This document shows positions 26,906 through 36,982 of a stretch of 64,000 nucleotides of DNA, piece after piece; positions within the stretch are counted from its first letter, which is position 1, and each line of letters opens with the position of its first letter. Under the pieces are notes generated by a model that did no database searches, was not told the origin of the DNA, and saw nothing but the letters and a program-made list of their open reading frames with translations. The DNA comes from a virus: positions 1 through 64,000 of the IMG/VR virus record IMGVR_UViG_3300023199_000051. One strand, written 5' to 3'. The position numbers were made by a program, and so were the translations under genes.

Positions 26906-27374
26906 TGTGAGCACACCCGAGACTTCTTCACTGCCCGAGACCCGCCCGCTGCATCCCAGCGAGGCCGAGATCGAAGCTGTGCTCGCACTGCCCGAGCATG
27001 TGCGGAAGCTCCTGGAGCGCCATGGCCCAGGCTGGGGCATCCTCGACACAGCCGAGGCCGGGCGTGTGGTCGTGCTCGCCTGTTGCCTTGACAGCCATGT
27101 CGACAGTGCTGTGAGCCTCACGGGCCAGTGGGCAACTGGCTACAAGGCGCTTGCGTGGCTGCCTGCCAATCCCCTGCACATCTTGGAGGCGGTCTGGCCC
27201 GAGTGCCCCTCCAAAGATCAGCTGCTACGCATCGAGTCGGCCGAGGTCAGATCCGAAGTCAGGTGGCAGGCTAGCGCCTTTGCATATCCGTCTGAGGGCA
27301 CTGCCTATGGCTGGGGCAGCACGCCGCGTCTCGCGGCTCTTACAGCTCTTCGCAGCTCGCTGGGAGAGCGCTGA
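26895..27374 (+). CDS. Hypothetical protein
   Basis: Coupled ORF. Confidence 0.6.
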   Translation: MSTDVSTPETSSLPETRPLHPSEAEIEAVLALPEHVRKLLERHGPGWGILDTAEAGRVVVLACCLDSHVDSAVSLTGQWATGYKALAWLPANPLHILEAVWPECPSKDQLLRIESAEVRSEVRWQASAFAYPSEGTAYGWGSTPRLAALTALRSSLGER

Positions 27375-27625
27375 TGCGCTGGCTCATCTGCATGCTCATG
27401 GGCCATTGCTGGTTCCACGTTGCCAACACGGTCGAGCGCTTCTGGACTCCCGATGGCGACCTGATGCAAGCCAGGGTGGGGCACACAAGCTGCACCCGCT
27501 GCTACACCTCGGAAGAGCACTACACCGAGCACACCGTGCTGTGGGACTGTGAGGGCGGCTCGTGGCACGGCGTTCCCCGCCCCGTCCTTGCAGCCGTCGA
27601 GTATGAACAACAGGAGGCGTTCTGA
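27374..27625 (+). CDS. Small Cys/His-rich protein
   Basis: LICMLMGHCW...CTRC. Confidence 0.55.
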   Translation: MRWLICMLMGHCWFHVANTVERFWTPDGDLMQARVGHTSCTRCYTSEEHYTEHTVLWDCEGGSWHGVPRPVLAAVEYEQQEAF

Positions 27626-28440
27626 TGGAACCTGACACACCTTCGAGCCCGCTGTGCCATGTCGCACCACCCGGCTCGGACACCTACTGTGGCATCCCGG
27701 CCGGCACCGAGGGCGTCCGGGCTTACGACCTGTGCAGCCTGCCGGCCAGCAACGACTTCGAGGGCTGGTGCTCCGAGTGTATCGCCGAGGTGAAGCGGGA
27801 GACGTTCGACTACGCCTCCATCGAGACGCGCATCCTCGACGACCTGGTGGTGCGGTCGTTGGCCGGCAGCTTCGACGGCGACGAGGGCGAGGCCCGTGCC
27901 TTCTACACCGAGATCAAGCGCGGTGTGCTCGAAGAGCAGATGGAGCGTGGAGAGCGCGACGACCCGTCTGGCACCTACCACTCCTGGCAGGAAGCCAAGG
28001 GCACCATCGAGGCCACCAAGCGCGCTGCCGAGGAGCTGGAGCGGCCTGTGTACTTCACCATCCCCACCGGACCGCTTGACCTGGGCCGAGCACTGCATGC
28101 TGGCCTCGCAGAGCACTATGTCGGAGAGCACACTACGGTGAGCGGTCGCTTTGGTAGTCGGGGTGACTACCCCCGTACTGCCAAGGAGTTCTCGGCCGCA
28201 GTGCGGGCGGTCGAGCAGGGGCGTGACTGGCGACGCAACTCCGATGAGGTCAAGCGGCAGCGCAAGCTCGTTGGGGCGGACTTGGTGCAAGGGGGGCCCG
28301 ACCCGTGCCGCATCATGGACCCCTTGGAGAGCTACAATCGGGTGGATGCCAACCTCGTGTTCCACGTGCTGTTCGGGCACTCGAACGTGCTGGACATCTC
28401 ACCTGAAGATGATCCTTCAGAGGAGAACCCTGATGAGTAG
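27625..28440 (+). CDS. Hypothetical protein
   Basis: TGATG-coupled 271-aa ORF. Confidence 0.7.
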   Translation: MEPDTPSSPLCHVAPPGSDTYCGIPAGTEGVRAYDLCSLPASNDFEGWCSECIAEVKRETFDYASIETRILDDLVVRSLAGSFDGDEGEARAFYTEIKRGVLEEQMERGERDDPSGTYHSWQEAKGTIEATKRAAEELERPVYFTIPTGPLDLGRALHAGLAEHYVGEHTTVSGRFGSRGDYPRTAKEFSAAVRAVEQGRDWRRNSDEVKRQRKLVGADLVQGGPDPCRIMDPLESYNRVDANLVFHVLFGHSNVLDISPEDDPSEENPDE

Positions 28441-28873
28441 CTCCTCTACCGGAGACCGCTTGCCCCTGTCCGATACTCCCTGTCCGCGGTGCCTGCCGCT
28501 CGCCTACCAGGGTCGCATGAACCTGGAGGGGCTGGGCCGGCTGCCAGACGTTCCAGATGGTGTGGGGCCCACCGCGCGTGATGGTTCTGGGCCCTGCTGC
28601 CAGGACTGTGCCACAGCCGACGCCCTGCTGCGAGCTGTGCCTCAGGTGCCAGGATTCGCAGCTGCTCGCTGCGCTGTTGCCAACGACCGCGGCGAGCAGT
28701 ACCGCCTTCCGGGCGTGCCGAAGGGGCTGGTGCAGGTAGGGATCATGGCACCCTCCCGAGAGGGGGACTTCGAGGAGCAGCTTGCGTGGCTGGAGCGCGC
28801 GAAGATCGTGAAGGGCGGTGACACTCCGGCTGGGCATGAACACCTGGAAGAGGCCGAAGATGGGGACTGGTAG
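28433..28873 (+). CDS. Cys-rich hypothetical protein
   Basis: GAGGAG RBS; CPRC...CCQDC. Confidence 0.6.
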   Translation: MSSSSTGDRLPLSDTPCPRCLPLAYQGRMNLEGLGRLPDVPDGVGPTARDGSGPCCQDCATADALLRAVPQVPGFAAARCAVANDRGEQYRLPGVPKGLVQVGIMAPSREGDFEEQLAWLERAKIVKGGDTPAGHEHLEEAEDGDW

Positions 28874-29693
28874 TACGAGGGGCACTCTGCACCATGGACA
28901 GCGTGTTTGCTACCAGGACTGGGGTGGCCCCTACAACGGAGGCGTCTTCCCTCGGAAGGCGGACCGGGAAGATCTGGGCACCGTCGAGGTGGTGCCGGCC
29001 GAGCAGACCCATGGCGACGGACCGGCCTACAGCGTGCTGTGGGACACCGGTGACGCTGACCCCATCACCGAGACGGGATGGTGCGAGCTGTACAACTACC
29101 GGGTCCTGCCCGTGAAGGAGAGCATCATGGCGAGGACACCCGAGGATCTGTACGCTTTGATGGATGACATGCCCTGGCCGAATCGGTGGGTGCGGCGGTC
29201 CTGGTGGGATGCCGTGCGCCCGGTCACTCAGAGCAAGCTCCACGGCGACCTGCTCGCGCGCATCTACCTCAACGGAAGCGGCACCGACGACGAGCTGCGG
29301 TTCATTGTGTGGCACCGCAAGGCCGACCGGGAATACGGTGGGATCCCGTGCCCGGACTGTAGGGGCGCCGGACGTGTGCAGCGCAAGCCCCGCAGGATGC
29401 GCAGCCACTTCCGGGTCAACGCCTCCCCGGACTGTGTGGAGGAGCCGGGTGCCGACGGCCTGCTCCCCTGCACTCGACGCGACTGCCGCAAGGGGCTCAT
29501 TCCGGCCCGCTACGGGGCAAGCAACGACTTCATCCACGTTCCCGGCCTGGACTACCTGAGGGGGTCCGCAGGGCCTCTGCGTGACCTCGGGGCTCGCGGA
29601 CTGCCCCATCCTACTCGCGGTCACCTGCAGCTCATCCGCGACTGGTGCGACGAGATGATCGAGCGCATCTACCGCGATGGGGAGACACCATGA
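28860..29693 (+). CDS. Hypothetical protein with DnaJ-type CxxCxGxG finger
   Basis: PCPDCRGAG...PCTRRDCRKG; possible internal start at about 29128. Confidence 0.6.
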   Translation: MGTGSTRGTLHHGQRVCYQDWGGPYNGGVFPRKADREDLGTVEVVPAEQTHGDGPAYSVLWDTGDADPITETGWCELYNYRVLPVKESIMARTPEDLYALMDDMPWPNRWVRRSWWDAVRPVTQSKLHGDLLARIYLNGSGTDDELRFIVWHRKADREYGGIPCPDCRGAGRVQRKPRRMRSHFRVNASPDCVEEPGADGLLPCTRRDCRKGLIPARYGASNDFIHVPGLDYLRGSAGPLRDLGARGLPHPTRGHLQLIRDWCDEMIERIYRDGETP

Positions 29694-29962
29694 GCGTCGT
29701 GCCTCTGCTGAAGAAGGGCGACCGCTGCCGAGTCATCGCGGAGAATGCGCCTCCCTGTCGAGAGGGGACCATCATGGAGGTCTGCTACCGGCACGGGCGC
29801 TTTGTGGGCTACCGGGTCTTGCACGACGAGAGCCCCTGGCCCGAGCCGGGGCAGCTCCACAGCAATCTCGAAGAGCTGTTCCCGAACGGCATCTTCACCG
29901 GCAAGCGAGACTTCAACTGGAGCCCCCGCGAGGTTGTCCCTGTGAGAGAAGAAATACCATGA
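29690..29962 (+). CDS. Small SH3/KOW-like protein
   Basis: KKGDRCRV...GTIMEV...YRVLHD. Confidence 0.55.
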   Translation: MSVVPLLKKGDRCRVIAENAPPCREGTIMEVCYRHGRFVGYRVLHDESPWPEPGQLHSNLEELFPNGIFTGKRDFNWSPREVVPVREEIP

Positions 29963-30372
29963 TCCTCCCGGCCAGCTCTCCGCTGTCCTACGGCGGCTGC
30001 AGGCCCATTGGGTACTGGATGCCCACCAGGACGGCCGACTCGATCACCCGCGCTACCCTGGGCATGCTCTATTGGGCTTTCGGTGTGAAGCTTGAGCCAC
30101 TGCCGAACCCAGCTGACCACGTCGAACCTGACTGGGATCCCACCCTGCGCCAGGCCATCGCCGACTACCTCAACAGCGGCATGCAGTGTGACGCTGAAGC
30201 GGGCTACGCTGGCTGCCGGTTGTGCGACAAGTGGGACAACGGCTCGACGACGCTCACCGACGGCACCTACAACTGGCCACAGGGCTTCGCCCACTACGTC
30301 GACGTTCACCATGTCCGGCCGCCCGACGAGTTCATCACACATGTCCTGCAGCAGCTTCGAGAGGTGCCCTAG
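29959..30372 (+). CDS. Conserved hypothetical protein (CRLC..NG...TDG..WP.G..HYV..H..PP family)
   Basis: Recognisable Cys/His motif. Confidence 0.65.
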   Translation: MILPASSPLSYGGCRPIGYWMPTRTADSITRATLGMLYWAFGVKLEPLPNPADHVEPDWDPTLRQAIADYLNSGMQCDAEAGYAGCRLCDKWDNGSTTLTDGTYNWPQGFAHYVDVHHVRPPDEFITHVLQQLREVP

Positions 30373-30674
30373 TGCAGCTGACTTCCCTCCCTCCCTCCAA
30401 GCGGTACTCCAGGCGGTTCCTTGCGGAGAACAGGCCCGTGTGCCTGACCGACAAAGCGGTGGAACGGTCACAACAGTACCAGATCACCCTGCTGGAGATC
30501 GCCGAGGCACTGTCCAGCCACGATCCGAGTGAATATCGGAAGGGTGACAAGCTCGAAGCCACGTGCGACGGCATCTGCGTAGTCGCTCGCTGTGGAGCTG
30601 GCCCACACGATGGTCGCCGGACAGGCTGGGTGGTCATCACGGCCTGGCGACGCTCACCGGACACCGGTGAGTAG
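30372..30674 (+). CDS. DUF4258/RelE-like small protein
   Basis: LTDKAVERSQQYQITLLEI...VVITAW pattern. Confidence 0.45.
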   Translation: MQLTSLPPSKRYSRRFLAENRPVCLTDKAVERSQQYQITLLEIAEALSSHDPSEYRKGDKLEATCDGICVVARCGAGPHDGRRTGWVVITAWRRSPDTGE

Positions 30675-30728
30675 CTTGTCGCCACACTACGCCGGGTGCA
30701 CACTCTCACCCCATTCATGGAGGCCCTG

Positions 30729-31034
30729 ATGCCCCAACGCTACACCTTCGAGATCGAGCGTGCTGTCACCGTCGACGTCATCGCACCCGACCACACCACT
30801 CAGGCAGAGGTCGAGGTGCTGGTGGAGGCAGACGCCGAACGCCTGCTGTCCCTAGAAGACATCGACGTGTCGGTCGAGGGCACGCGTCCTGTGAGTGCGC
30901 GGCGTGCCCTCCGCGACCCCAGTGCTCTCGTGGTCACCGACGACGAGGACGGCGTGACCCTCGACAGCACGCTGTGGCTGGAAGCGCTCGAAGAGGACGA
31001 CTGGACCGCAGACGAGGACGACGAAGAATACTAG
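30729..31034 (+). CDS. Highly acidic small protein
   Basis: GGAGG RBS; D/E-rich. Confidence 0.6.
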   Translation: MPQRYTFEIERAVTVDVIAPDHTTQAEVEVLVEADAERLLSLEDIDVSVEGTRPVSARRALRDPSALVVTDDEDGVTLDSTLWLEALEEDDWTADEDDEEY

Positions 31035-31069
31035 GTCGATAGCAGCGGGCATGCAGTGCATGAAAAGAA

Positions 31070-31181
31070 TGGTTAAACCTGCGTTTTGGGCATCTTCTGG
31101 CTATCTGTACCACAGCAGGCTACATTGTTGGTGTCGCTGGGACATTCTCTCACCCCATCCCCCAGCGCCGGAGCAACCCAG
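31070..31181 (+). promoter_or_regulatory. Early promoter family member plus leader
   Basis: TGGCTA(31098)-N17-TACATT(31121); upstream GTTAAACCTGCGTTTT resembles the 74-bp repeat. Confidence 0.75.
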
Positions 31182-31379
31182 ATGTTCACCAAGGACGACG
31201 ACTACGGAAGGCTGGCCAACAACCCCGAGCTGCAGGCCCGCCTGCGCAATGTGCAGACCGACAAGGTCAACCCCCTCCACATGCCCACCCTCAACGACGA
31301 GCCGGTCGATCTGGTCGATATCCTCGACCGCGCCCGGGCTGTCCGCAACGGCTACCGCGCCGTGCTGTGGGGGGAGTGA
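31182..31379 (+). CDS. Small hypothetical protein
   Basis: GGAG RBS; first gene after a promoter. Confidence 0.55.
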   Translation: MFTKDDDYGRLANNPELQARLRNVQTDKVNPLHMPTLNDEPVDLVDILDRARAVRNGYRAVLWGE

Positions 31380-31381
31380 TC

Positions 31382-31897
31382 ATGCTCGACGCCACGACCC
31401 TCGACTTGATGGATGCACACACTGACGTCGCGACCCTCCTTGCCGAGCGTCCCGATCTTGCTGCCCGTCTTCTACTGCTAGCCGACAAGCCCATGGGCAA
31501 GGCGATCACGAACCCGGAGCAGGCCCACAAGGCCCTGACACCCCTCCTGGGCGGTCGGGACCGGGAACACTTCGTGGCGCTCGCCCTGGACCGCCGACAC
31601 CGCATCATCGCGGCCGAGATCCTGACCGTGGGCTCCGACGGCTACACAGTCGTCGACCCGCGCATGGTCTACCGCTGGGCACTGCAGCAGGGCACCAGCG
31701 CGGGGGGAGCATCGGCCATCATCATTGCCCACAACCACCCGAGCGGCGACCCGTCACCCAGCACCATGGACCGCACGGTCACCGACCGTGTGTCGCGTGC
31801 CGGGCGTATGCTCGGCATCCCTCTGCTCGACCACATCGTCTACACCGACCACAATGGCTGCACGTCCCTTGCCGAAGAAGGGCGGTGCGACCTGTGA
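31382..31897 (+). CDS. RadC-like JAB/MPN+ domain protein
   Basis: REHF.ALALD, VDPR.VYR.AL, intact HNHPSGDPSPS..D, LLDHIV. Confidence 0.9.
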   Translation: MLDATTLDLMDAHTDVATLLAERPDLAARLLLLADKPMGKAITNPEQAHKALTPLLGGRDREHFVALALDRRHRIIAAEILTVGSDGYTVVDPRMVYRWALQQGTSAGGASAIIIAHNHPSGDPSPSTMDRTVTDRVSRAGRMLGIPLLDHIVYTDHNGCTSLAEEGRCDL

Positions 31898-31952
31898 TCG
31901 TAAGCTAGTAGGTAGTACACACACCTACGAACCTTCTCTCGGAGCACCCCCC

Positions 31953-32582
31953 ATGAGCCAGCCCCACAACCAGTTCGCGCGCGTCGACCTCGGACTTCCG
32001 CCGCAGATGAATGCCCGTCCGCGTCCCATCCGCTCGATGTTCCCTGGCGGTCCTGGGTTCGACAACCTCTTGCTGCCCGACTTCCAGCGCGAATACGTGT
32101 GGGAACCAAAGCAGGCAGCCGCCTACCTCAACAGCGTTCTGCGCGGTGTGCCTGGTGGCTCCTACCTCTTCTGGCGCCCCCAGCTACGCGGCGTCATCTA
32201 CGTCGTGGACGGGCAGCAGCGCCTCACCACGCTGGGCGCTCCGATCAAGCGCAGCGACGGCGACATCAACAAGCCACACGATGAGGTCCGGTTCTCGCTG
32301 GAGACGATGCGATTCGCGGTAGAACCACGCGGCAAGTCCGTGCACCTCCGACTCGTCACCTACGGCGGCCTGCACACACGGGCCGCGCTTGAAGCACTGC
32401 CACGGCATCTCCAGAACGTCGTCATGGAGGTCCGACGTCGCATGCAGGACCACCGCACCCCGGTCATCACCATGACCGAGTGCAGCGCCGAGGACGTGGC
32501 CGAAGCGTTCATCAACCTCAACGCAGGCGGAACCCCGTTCGATCGAGGCATGATCGAGAAGCTGCTGGGAGAGCTGGCGTGA
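31953..32582 (+). CDS. Stand-alone DUF262 (ParB-like) protein
   Basis: LPDFQREYVW, VVDGQQRLTT, F..LN.GGTP. Confidence 0.85.
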   Translation: MSQPHNQFARVDLGLPPQMNARPRPIRSMFPGGPGFDNLLLPDFQREYVWEPKQAAAYLNSVLRGVPGGSYLFWRPQLRGVIYVVDGQQRLTTLGAPIKRSDGDINKPHDEVRFSLETMRFAVEPRGKSVHLRLVTYGGLHTRAALEALPRHLQNVVMEVRRRMQDHRTPVITMTECSAEDVAEAFINLNAGGTPFDRGMIEKLLGELA

Positions 32583-32660
32583 GCGTGTCGGAGCTTCCGC
32601 GGTCGACACCCTGATTTGACAGGAGTGCACGAAAGCGCAGGGCACTACGCCACTACCAGC

Positions 32661-32700
32661 TGTCTGATGTCTGGTGTATCACAGCAGGCTACATTGTAGG
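32661..32700 (+). promoter_or_regulatory. Early promoter family member
   Basis: CACAGCAGGCTACATTGT; core at 32685-32695. Confidence 0.7.
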
Positions 32701-32746
32701 GGCTGGCGGGATGATCCTGTCAGCCAGACGCAACGGAGACCCCCTG

Positions 32747-33025
32747 ATGAGTGACAAACCTGCTGTTCTGACGCTGACCGAGCTGAAGCGCCGCGCTGAC
32801 GAAGCTGGTACTGACATCGAGCTGTGGGACCGGGACTCTGGCTTCGTCCAGTTCGAGACCGAAGTCAATGGCGAGTGGCTGGGCAGCCAGTGGTACGACA
32901 TCTCCACCCTTCCGCCCTGGGCGCGGGCGATCGTCAACGGCGACCTGGAGGCTCGTAGCCAGGTCCCCTCCGACCACAACGCTCGCATGGCCGAGCGTCG
33001 CCAGCTGGGCCTGGTGCGCTTCTAG
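32747..33025 (+). CDS. Small hypothetical protein
   Basis: GGAG RBS then ATG 32747. Confidence 0.6.
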   Translation: MSDKPAVLTLTELKRRADEAGTDIELWDRDSGFVQFETEVNGEWLGSQWYDISTLPPWARAIVNGDLEARSQVPSDHNARMAERRQLGLVRF

Positions 33026-33067
33026 CCGACACCGACACCAACACCGACACCGACACCGACACCGACA
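33026..33067. repeat. Intergenic hexamer tandem repeat (CCGACA)x7
   Basis: Six exact units plus one CCAACA. Confidence 0.9.
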
Positions 33068-33081
33068 CCCTGGAGGCTTCC

Positions 33082-33570
33082 ATGCCCGACAAGGCCAAGC
33101 TCGACAAGACCCTTCTGCGCTTCCACCGGCGCCTCAACCAACCCGAATGCCTGCTTGTCATGGCGCTGCTGCGGCGTGCCGCTGCGGACTGCTTCGTGGT
33201 CGCCGGGCTCAACGACTGCAACGAGCCAGTGTACACCCGACGCGACCGGCCGGGTCTGCTGTGCAGCAAGGGCTTCAGCTTCCGGCTGCGGCACTTCGGA
33301 AACAATGCCGATCTGTCCAGCAACGCCCGCACCGAGTTCATCCTCAACCTCTCCCAGGGAGACACCACGGCAGCTTTCCACCGAGGCGCGGTCGGGTGGG
33401 CTCGCAAAGCACTGGAGCTGCTGACGGCCGAGGCGCGACAGCACTCGCCGAAGCCCCGACCCACCCTCTACGAAGGCGACATGCTGGGCCTGATTGGGCT
33501 GGCCGAGGGGGACTTGGAGCGCCTCGAAGCCGTCGATCGCACCGTCGGACCCTACATCACCAGGAGCTGA
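33082..33570 (+). CDS. Hypothetical protein
   Basis: GGAGG RBS. Confidence 0.65.
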   Translation: MPDKAKLDKTLLRFHRRLNQPECLLVMALLRRAAADCFVVAGLNDCNEPVYTRRDRPGLLCSKGFSFRLRHFGNNADLSSNARTEFILNLSQGDTTAAFHRGAVGWARKALELLTAEARQHSPKPRPTLYEGDMLGLIGLAEGDLERLEAVDRTVGPYITRS

Positions 33571-33573
33571 GCC

Positions 33574-34149
33574 GTGAAGCTGTCCAATGCCATGCGCCGC
33601 GAGCTGCACCGCTACACGCTTCATCAGCGCGGCTGGAAGGGTGAGCGCCCCTCGTACTACCGAGCCTCCAACGCTGGGGAGCGTGCGCTCCTCTTCAAGA
33701 CCGCCCTCCTCAAGCAATCTGCCGAAGCGCTCGTCCGCCGCGGGCTGCTGGAGAGTACGGAGGTTCGAGAGGACTCCCCCTACGTACCTGAGCGAGAGCA
33801 GAATCGTATCAGGGTGTACCGCCTCACCGACAAGGGATGGAGCACTGTGGTCAAGGATCGCGGCTGGCTGGCCTTTGACAAGACGGGCTCTGGCGCTGAT
33901 ACCAACTACGTGCTCACGGGACCCGACGGCAGGCGCCTCGGCATCGCTACTGCTATCCCCTACATCAGCCCCTGCACATGCGGCTACGAGTGCCAGGAGG
34001 CTGGTGAGTGTGTCAACCCCGATGGGGTGTACCGGGGCACTAAGGGTTGGCGCCTCTTCCCCGGCGGCGACGTCGTGGTCGACAATCTCTCCATGGCCCG
34101 CGAGGCGCTGCTCGACTTGTGTCTTCCGCTGGAGCGTGGCAATGGGTGA
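33574..34149 (+). CDS. Protein with N-terminal wHTH-like segment
   Basis: ALVRRGLLE...YRLTDKG. Confidence 0.55.
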   Translation: MKLSNAMRRELHRYTLHQRGWKGERPSYYRASNAGERALLFKTALLKQSAEALVRRGLLESTEVREDSPYVPEREQNRIRVYRLTDKGWSTVVKDRGWLAFDKTGSGADTNYVLTGPDGRRLGIATAIPYISPCTCGYECQEAGECVNPDGVYRGTKGWRLFPGGDVVVDNLSMAREALLDLCLPLERGNG

Positions 34150-34230
34150 ATCCGACATATCTTCGAGGGCTCTCCTGGGGCTCCCGGCACGCTGGAGCGG
34201 CTGGAGAAGCTGGCCCGAGTCATCGAGTAG

Positions 34231-34259
34231 TTGTCATATGTGCCACACTAGACTACACT
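34231..34259 (+). promoter_or_regulatory. Near-consensus sigma70-like promoter
   Basis: TTGTCA(34231)-N17-TACACT(34254). Confidence 0.75.
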
Positions 34260-34283
34260 GCAACCATACCGAAGGACTGCGAC

Positions 34284-35021
34284 ATGCTCTGCACGCGAAA
34301 CCCGGTCAGCCTCCCGCAGCTGGCCAACATCGAGATCCCAGACGCGACGTCGACCTACCAGCCTGTCTCGCACATCGTGCTGGCTCGGCGCGTGAAGCAT
34401 GCGTTCACCAGGTCCACAGGGCTGCACCTCGAAGACGAGAGGTATGGCACCAGCAAAGCAGGCAAGCGCATGTTTGGTGCGCTCCGCTTCGCGCCTCTCG
34501 ACTATGAGGGCAACCCGGACCGTAGCTCGCCGGTAGCTCTCGCTGTGGGGCTACGCAACAGCTACGACAAGAGCGTGAGCGCTGGTGTGGCCGTCGGCGG
34601 CTCGGTGTTCGTGTGCGACAACCTCTGCTTCGCAGGTTCGGGCATCACCTACATGCGGCGGCACACCCGCCACGTCTGGCATGACCTCGACCGCATCATC
34701 ACCATTGCCGCGGATGGTGCGAAGCGCAAGTACCGCAACCTCCTGGACCAGCTGGAGAGGATGCAGCAAGCTCCCTGCTCCAACGATCGGGCCTACAGAC
34801 TCATCGGGCTCCTGCGCGGTCGCGGGGTGTTGATGCCGTCCATGATGTCCCCGGCCTACGACGCCTGGGACAATCCGCCTCACCCAGACTTCGATGAACC
34901 GACCTTCTGGCGGCTGTACAACGCCTGCAACCACGCGCTGAAGGTCTCGACGGCGGACAGCATGATCGACCGGCACGCCAAGCTCCACCACCTGCTGCTG
35001 AGGAACGCTGATGTCGGTTGA
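34284..35021 (+). CDS. DUF932 family protein
   Basis: YQPVSH, VGLRNSYDKS, VFVCDNL.F, RRHT, W.LYNA. Confidence 0.85.
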   Translation: MLCTRNPVSLPQLANIEIPDATSTYQPVSHIVLARRVKHAFTRSTGLHLEDERYGTSKAGKRMFGALRFAPLDYEGNPDRSSPVALAVGLRNSYDKSVSAGVAVGGSVFVCDNLCFAGSGITYMRRHTRHVWHDLDRIITIAADGAKRKYRNLLDQLERMQQAPCSNDRAYRLIGLLRGRGVLMPSMMSPAYDAWDNPPHPDFDEPTFWRLYNACNHALKVSTADSMIDRHAKLHHLLLRNADVG

Positions 35022-35739
35022 TCGTGAGCTGCTCTGGAAGGCGTGGCCTGACGGCTACCTGGCCGCACGCGGTGTAAGCACCATCGGCGGCTGGAGGTGC
35101 CTTAGCGTGGTGCTGCCCCGAGACCCGGCAGAGGTCGCGAAAGACCTTGAAGACTTTGTCCGTGGCAATGCGATGGAGCAAGATGAAAGTGGCTTCATCT
35201 GGGACTCCAACGGCTACATACATTCCCCTGATGCCTTCTCTGAGGATGTAGCTGTCCCGACGAGCCGCTGGACTGATGACGTGCATGCCTGCACCGGATC
35301 GATGCAGCTGTCCCACGTCGTCGTGTCTGATCCTGATCACTGGGTTGCCCTCGACGATCTCATCTGTGAAGCCCTAGACCGCGGAGACCTCCTCCCCAAC
35401 GTCGACCCTGCAGACCGCGCGACATGGGCGTGCCTACTTGAAGACCTTGCCGAGGCTTTAGGTGATCGGTTCGAGCGCCCCGTTGCAGCAAATGATGCCA
35501 TCACAGCCTACGTGTGGAAGACCAACTGCTGCGATGGCCGGGAGGACAGCATCGAGATGCTGCAGTGGCGTCTGGAGGCACACACCTTCCAGGGCTTGGT
35601 GTGGGTCTTCCACTTTGATTACGACATCGACACTGACGATCCCGCCGAAGCTCTCGTCCGAGCCCGTATCCAAGTGCGGGAAGGACGGGGGGCCCCTGGA
35701 TCCCAGGGGACCAGTACCTCCCAGGGGCCACAACAGTGA
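35011..35739 (+). CDS. Acidic hypothetical protein
   Basis: GAGG RBS; overlapping start. Confidence 0.65.
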   Translation: MSVDRELLWKAWPDGYLAARGVSTIGGWRCLSVVLPRDPAEVAKDLEDFVRGNAMEQDESGFIWDSNGYIHSPDAFSEDVAVPTSRWTDDVHACTGSMQLSHVVVSDPDHWVALDDLICEALDRGDLLPNVDPADRATWACLLEDLAEALGDRFERPVAANDAITAYVWKTNCCDGREDSIEMLQWRLEAHTFQGLVWVFHFDYDIDTDDPAEALVRARIQVREGRGAPGSQGTSTSQGPQQ

Positions 35740-35966
35740 GCGGCGAGAAGTCTACAGCGCACAAGACGGTCACCTACAGGAGCGGCCCCGAAGGGGAGGG
35801 GTGCCTCATTGCTGTCGCCCTCTTCAGTGTGACATGCAGTGGGCTCATCCCCATTGGAGCCAGCCTCAACCGAATTGCCGCGGCCATCAACAACTACACT
35901 GAGCAATGCGGCTGCGAAGCGGCCGATCACGAACACCCCCTCAGAGGAGCCTCCGATGAGCACTGA
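35736..35966 (+). CDS. Small hypothetical protein
   Basis: GTGA coupling. Confidence 0.4.
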   Translation: MSGEKSTAHKTVTYRSGPEGEGCLIAVALFSVTCSGLIPIGASLNRIAAAINNYTEQCGCEAADHEHPLRGASDEH

Positions 35967-36654
35967 CTGTGGCGACTACGGCGACCCCGGTTCAGCCCCT
36001 ATCCGGGCTGGCGTCACCAACTACGAGATGGACGAAGGGGAACGCTGGCTCGGCTGGGTATCAGGGGTGCCGCTAAACAGGCAACAGGTAGCCCATGGCC
36101 GAAGTCGCTACTTCGACACGCAAGAGGAAGCAGCGGAGTGGGTAGCGCAGCAGCAGGCGGGTGATCCGGTGTTCCGCCTCGGTGACTTGCTGGCCTACCA
36201 GCGCCACCGAGATGGCGAGATCATCGCGGGGGTAGTGCGCACGATCATTCCGATTCCGCATGACTACTGCAAGCAGTGGCCCAAGATGCGCCACTGCCCC
36301 TACGCCTACCGCCTTGCTGTGCCTCCAGATGCAGGGGGGTACCGCACCGTCGATGAGTGCCGTCTGTCGTACTGGCGTGACGGCCCCGATGGCTGGCGGC
36401 AGCTGGCCGACGATCAGGAGGCGCTCCTACATCGCATCCACGAGCACAGAGACACCCCAACTTCGAGCTTCCGCCTCGACACCACAGGCGCACAGCGCGC
36501 CCGAGACATGCGAGCTGCTCGGGGCCTGGCCACGCACGGCTTCGTTCGCATCGAGCGGACCATGGCCACCATCAACAGAACGCGGGCTGATTGCACCCTC
36601 CTGGACCTCACCAGCGCTGGCACCGAGTACGCAGAGAAGCGCTTGTGTCCCTGA
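35956..36654 (+). CDS. Hypothetical protein
   Basis: GAGGAG RBS then ATG 35956. Confidence 0.6.
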   Translation: MSTDCGDYGDPGSAPIRAGVTNYEMDEGERWLGWVSGVPLNRQQVAHGRSRYFDTQEEAAEWVAQQQAGDPVFRLGDLLAYQRHRDGEIIAGVVRTIIPIPHDYCKQWPKMRHCPYAYRLAVPPDAGGYRTVDECRLSYWRDGPDGWRQLADDQEALLHRIHEHRDTPTSSFRLDTTGAQRARDMRAARGLATHGFVRIERTMATINRTRADCTLLDLTSAGTEYAEKRLCP

Positions 36655-36977
36655 TGAGCTGTGGCGAGGCGTCCAACCTGATCCTGCACGTACTGTTGCG
36701 GCACCTGGGTAGCCTGGCCCTCTCAAGTGCATCGCCGCCCTGGTACCTGGAGAAAGCCTTCATCCACGTCCCAGGCCTTGCCGGTAAGCGCAGGGCGGCT
36801 GTTGCTACCGAGATGCACCCGGGTACGAGGTTCGTTCGGGTCCGGCCTCACGGCCAGATCTCCATCTTCGACGGTGAGCAGGAACATGTCGTGGACCTGA
36901 GCAGTGTCCGAAGCTCAGGCCAGGCGGCTGCCATCCTAGAAGTGCTGTCCGAGCACTTTCCACCCCTCGGCGAGTAG
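36654..36977 (+). CDS. Hypothetical protein
   Basis: TGATG coupling. Confidence 0.5.
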   Translation: MSCGEASNLILHVLLRHLGSLALSSASPPWYLEKAFIHVPGLAGKRRAAVATEMHPGTRFVRVRPHGQISIFDGEQEHVVDLSSVRSSGQAAAILEVLSEHFPPLGE

Positions 36978-36982
36978 AGGGC

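Noticed and set aside
29100-29135. Fusion of two genes in 28860..29693
   Set aside because: An internal AGGAG-ATG exists, but the frame is continuous and I cannot distinguish fusion from an internal start.
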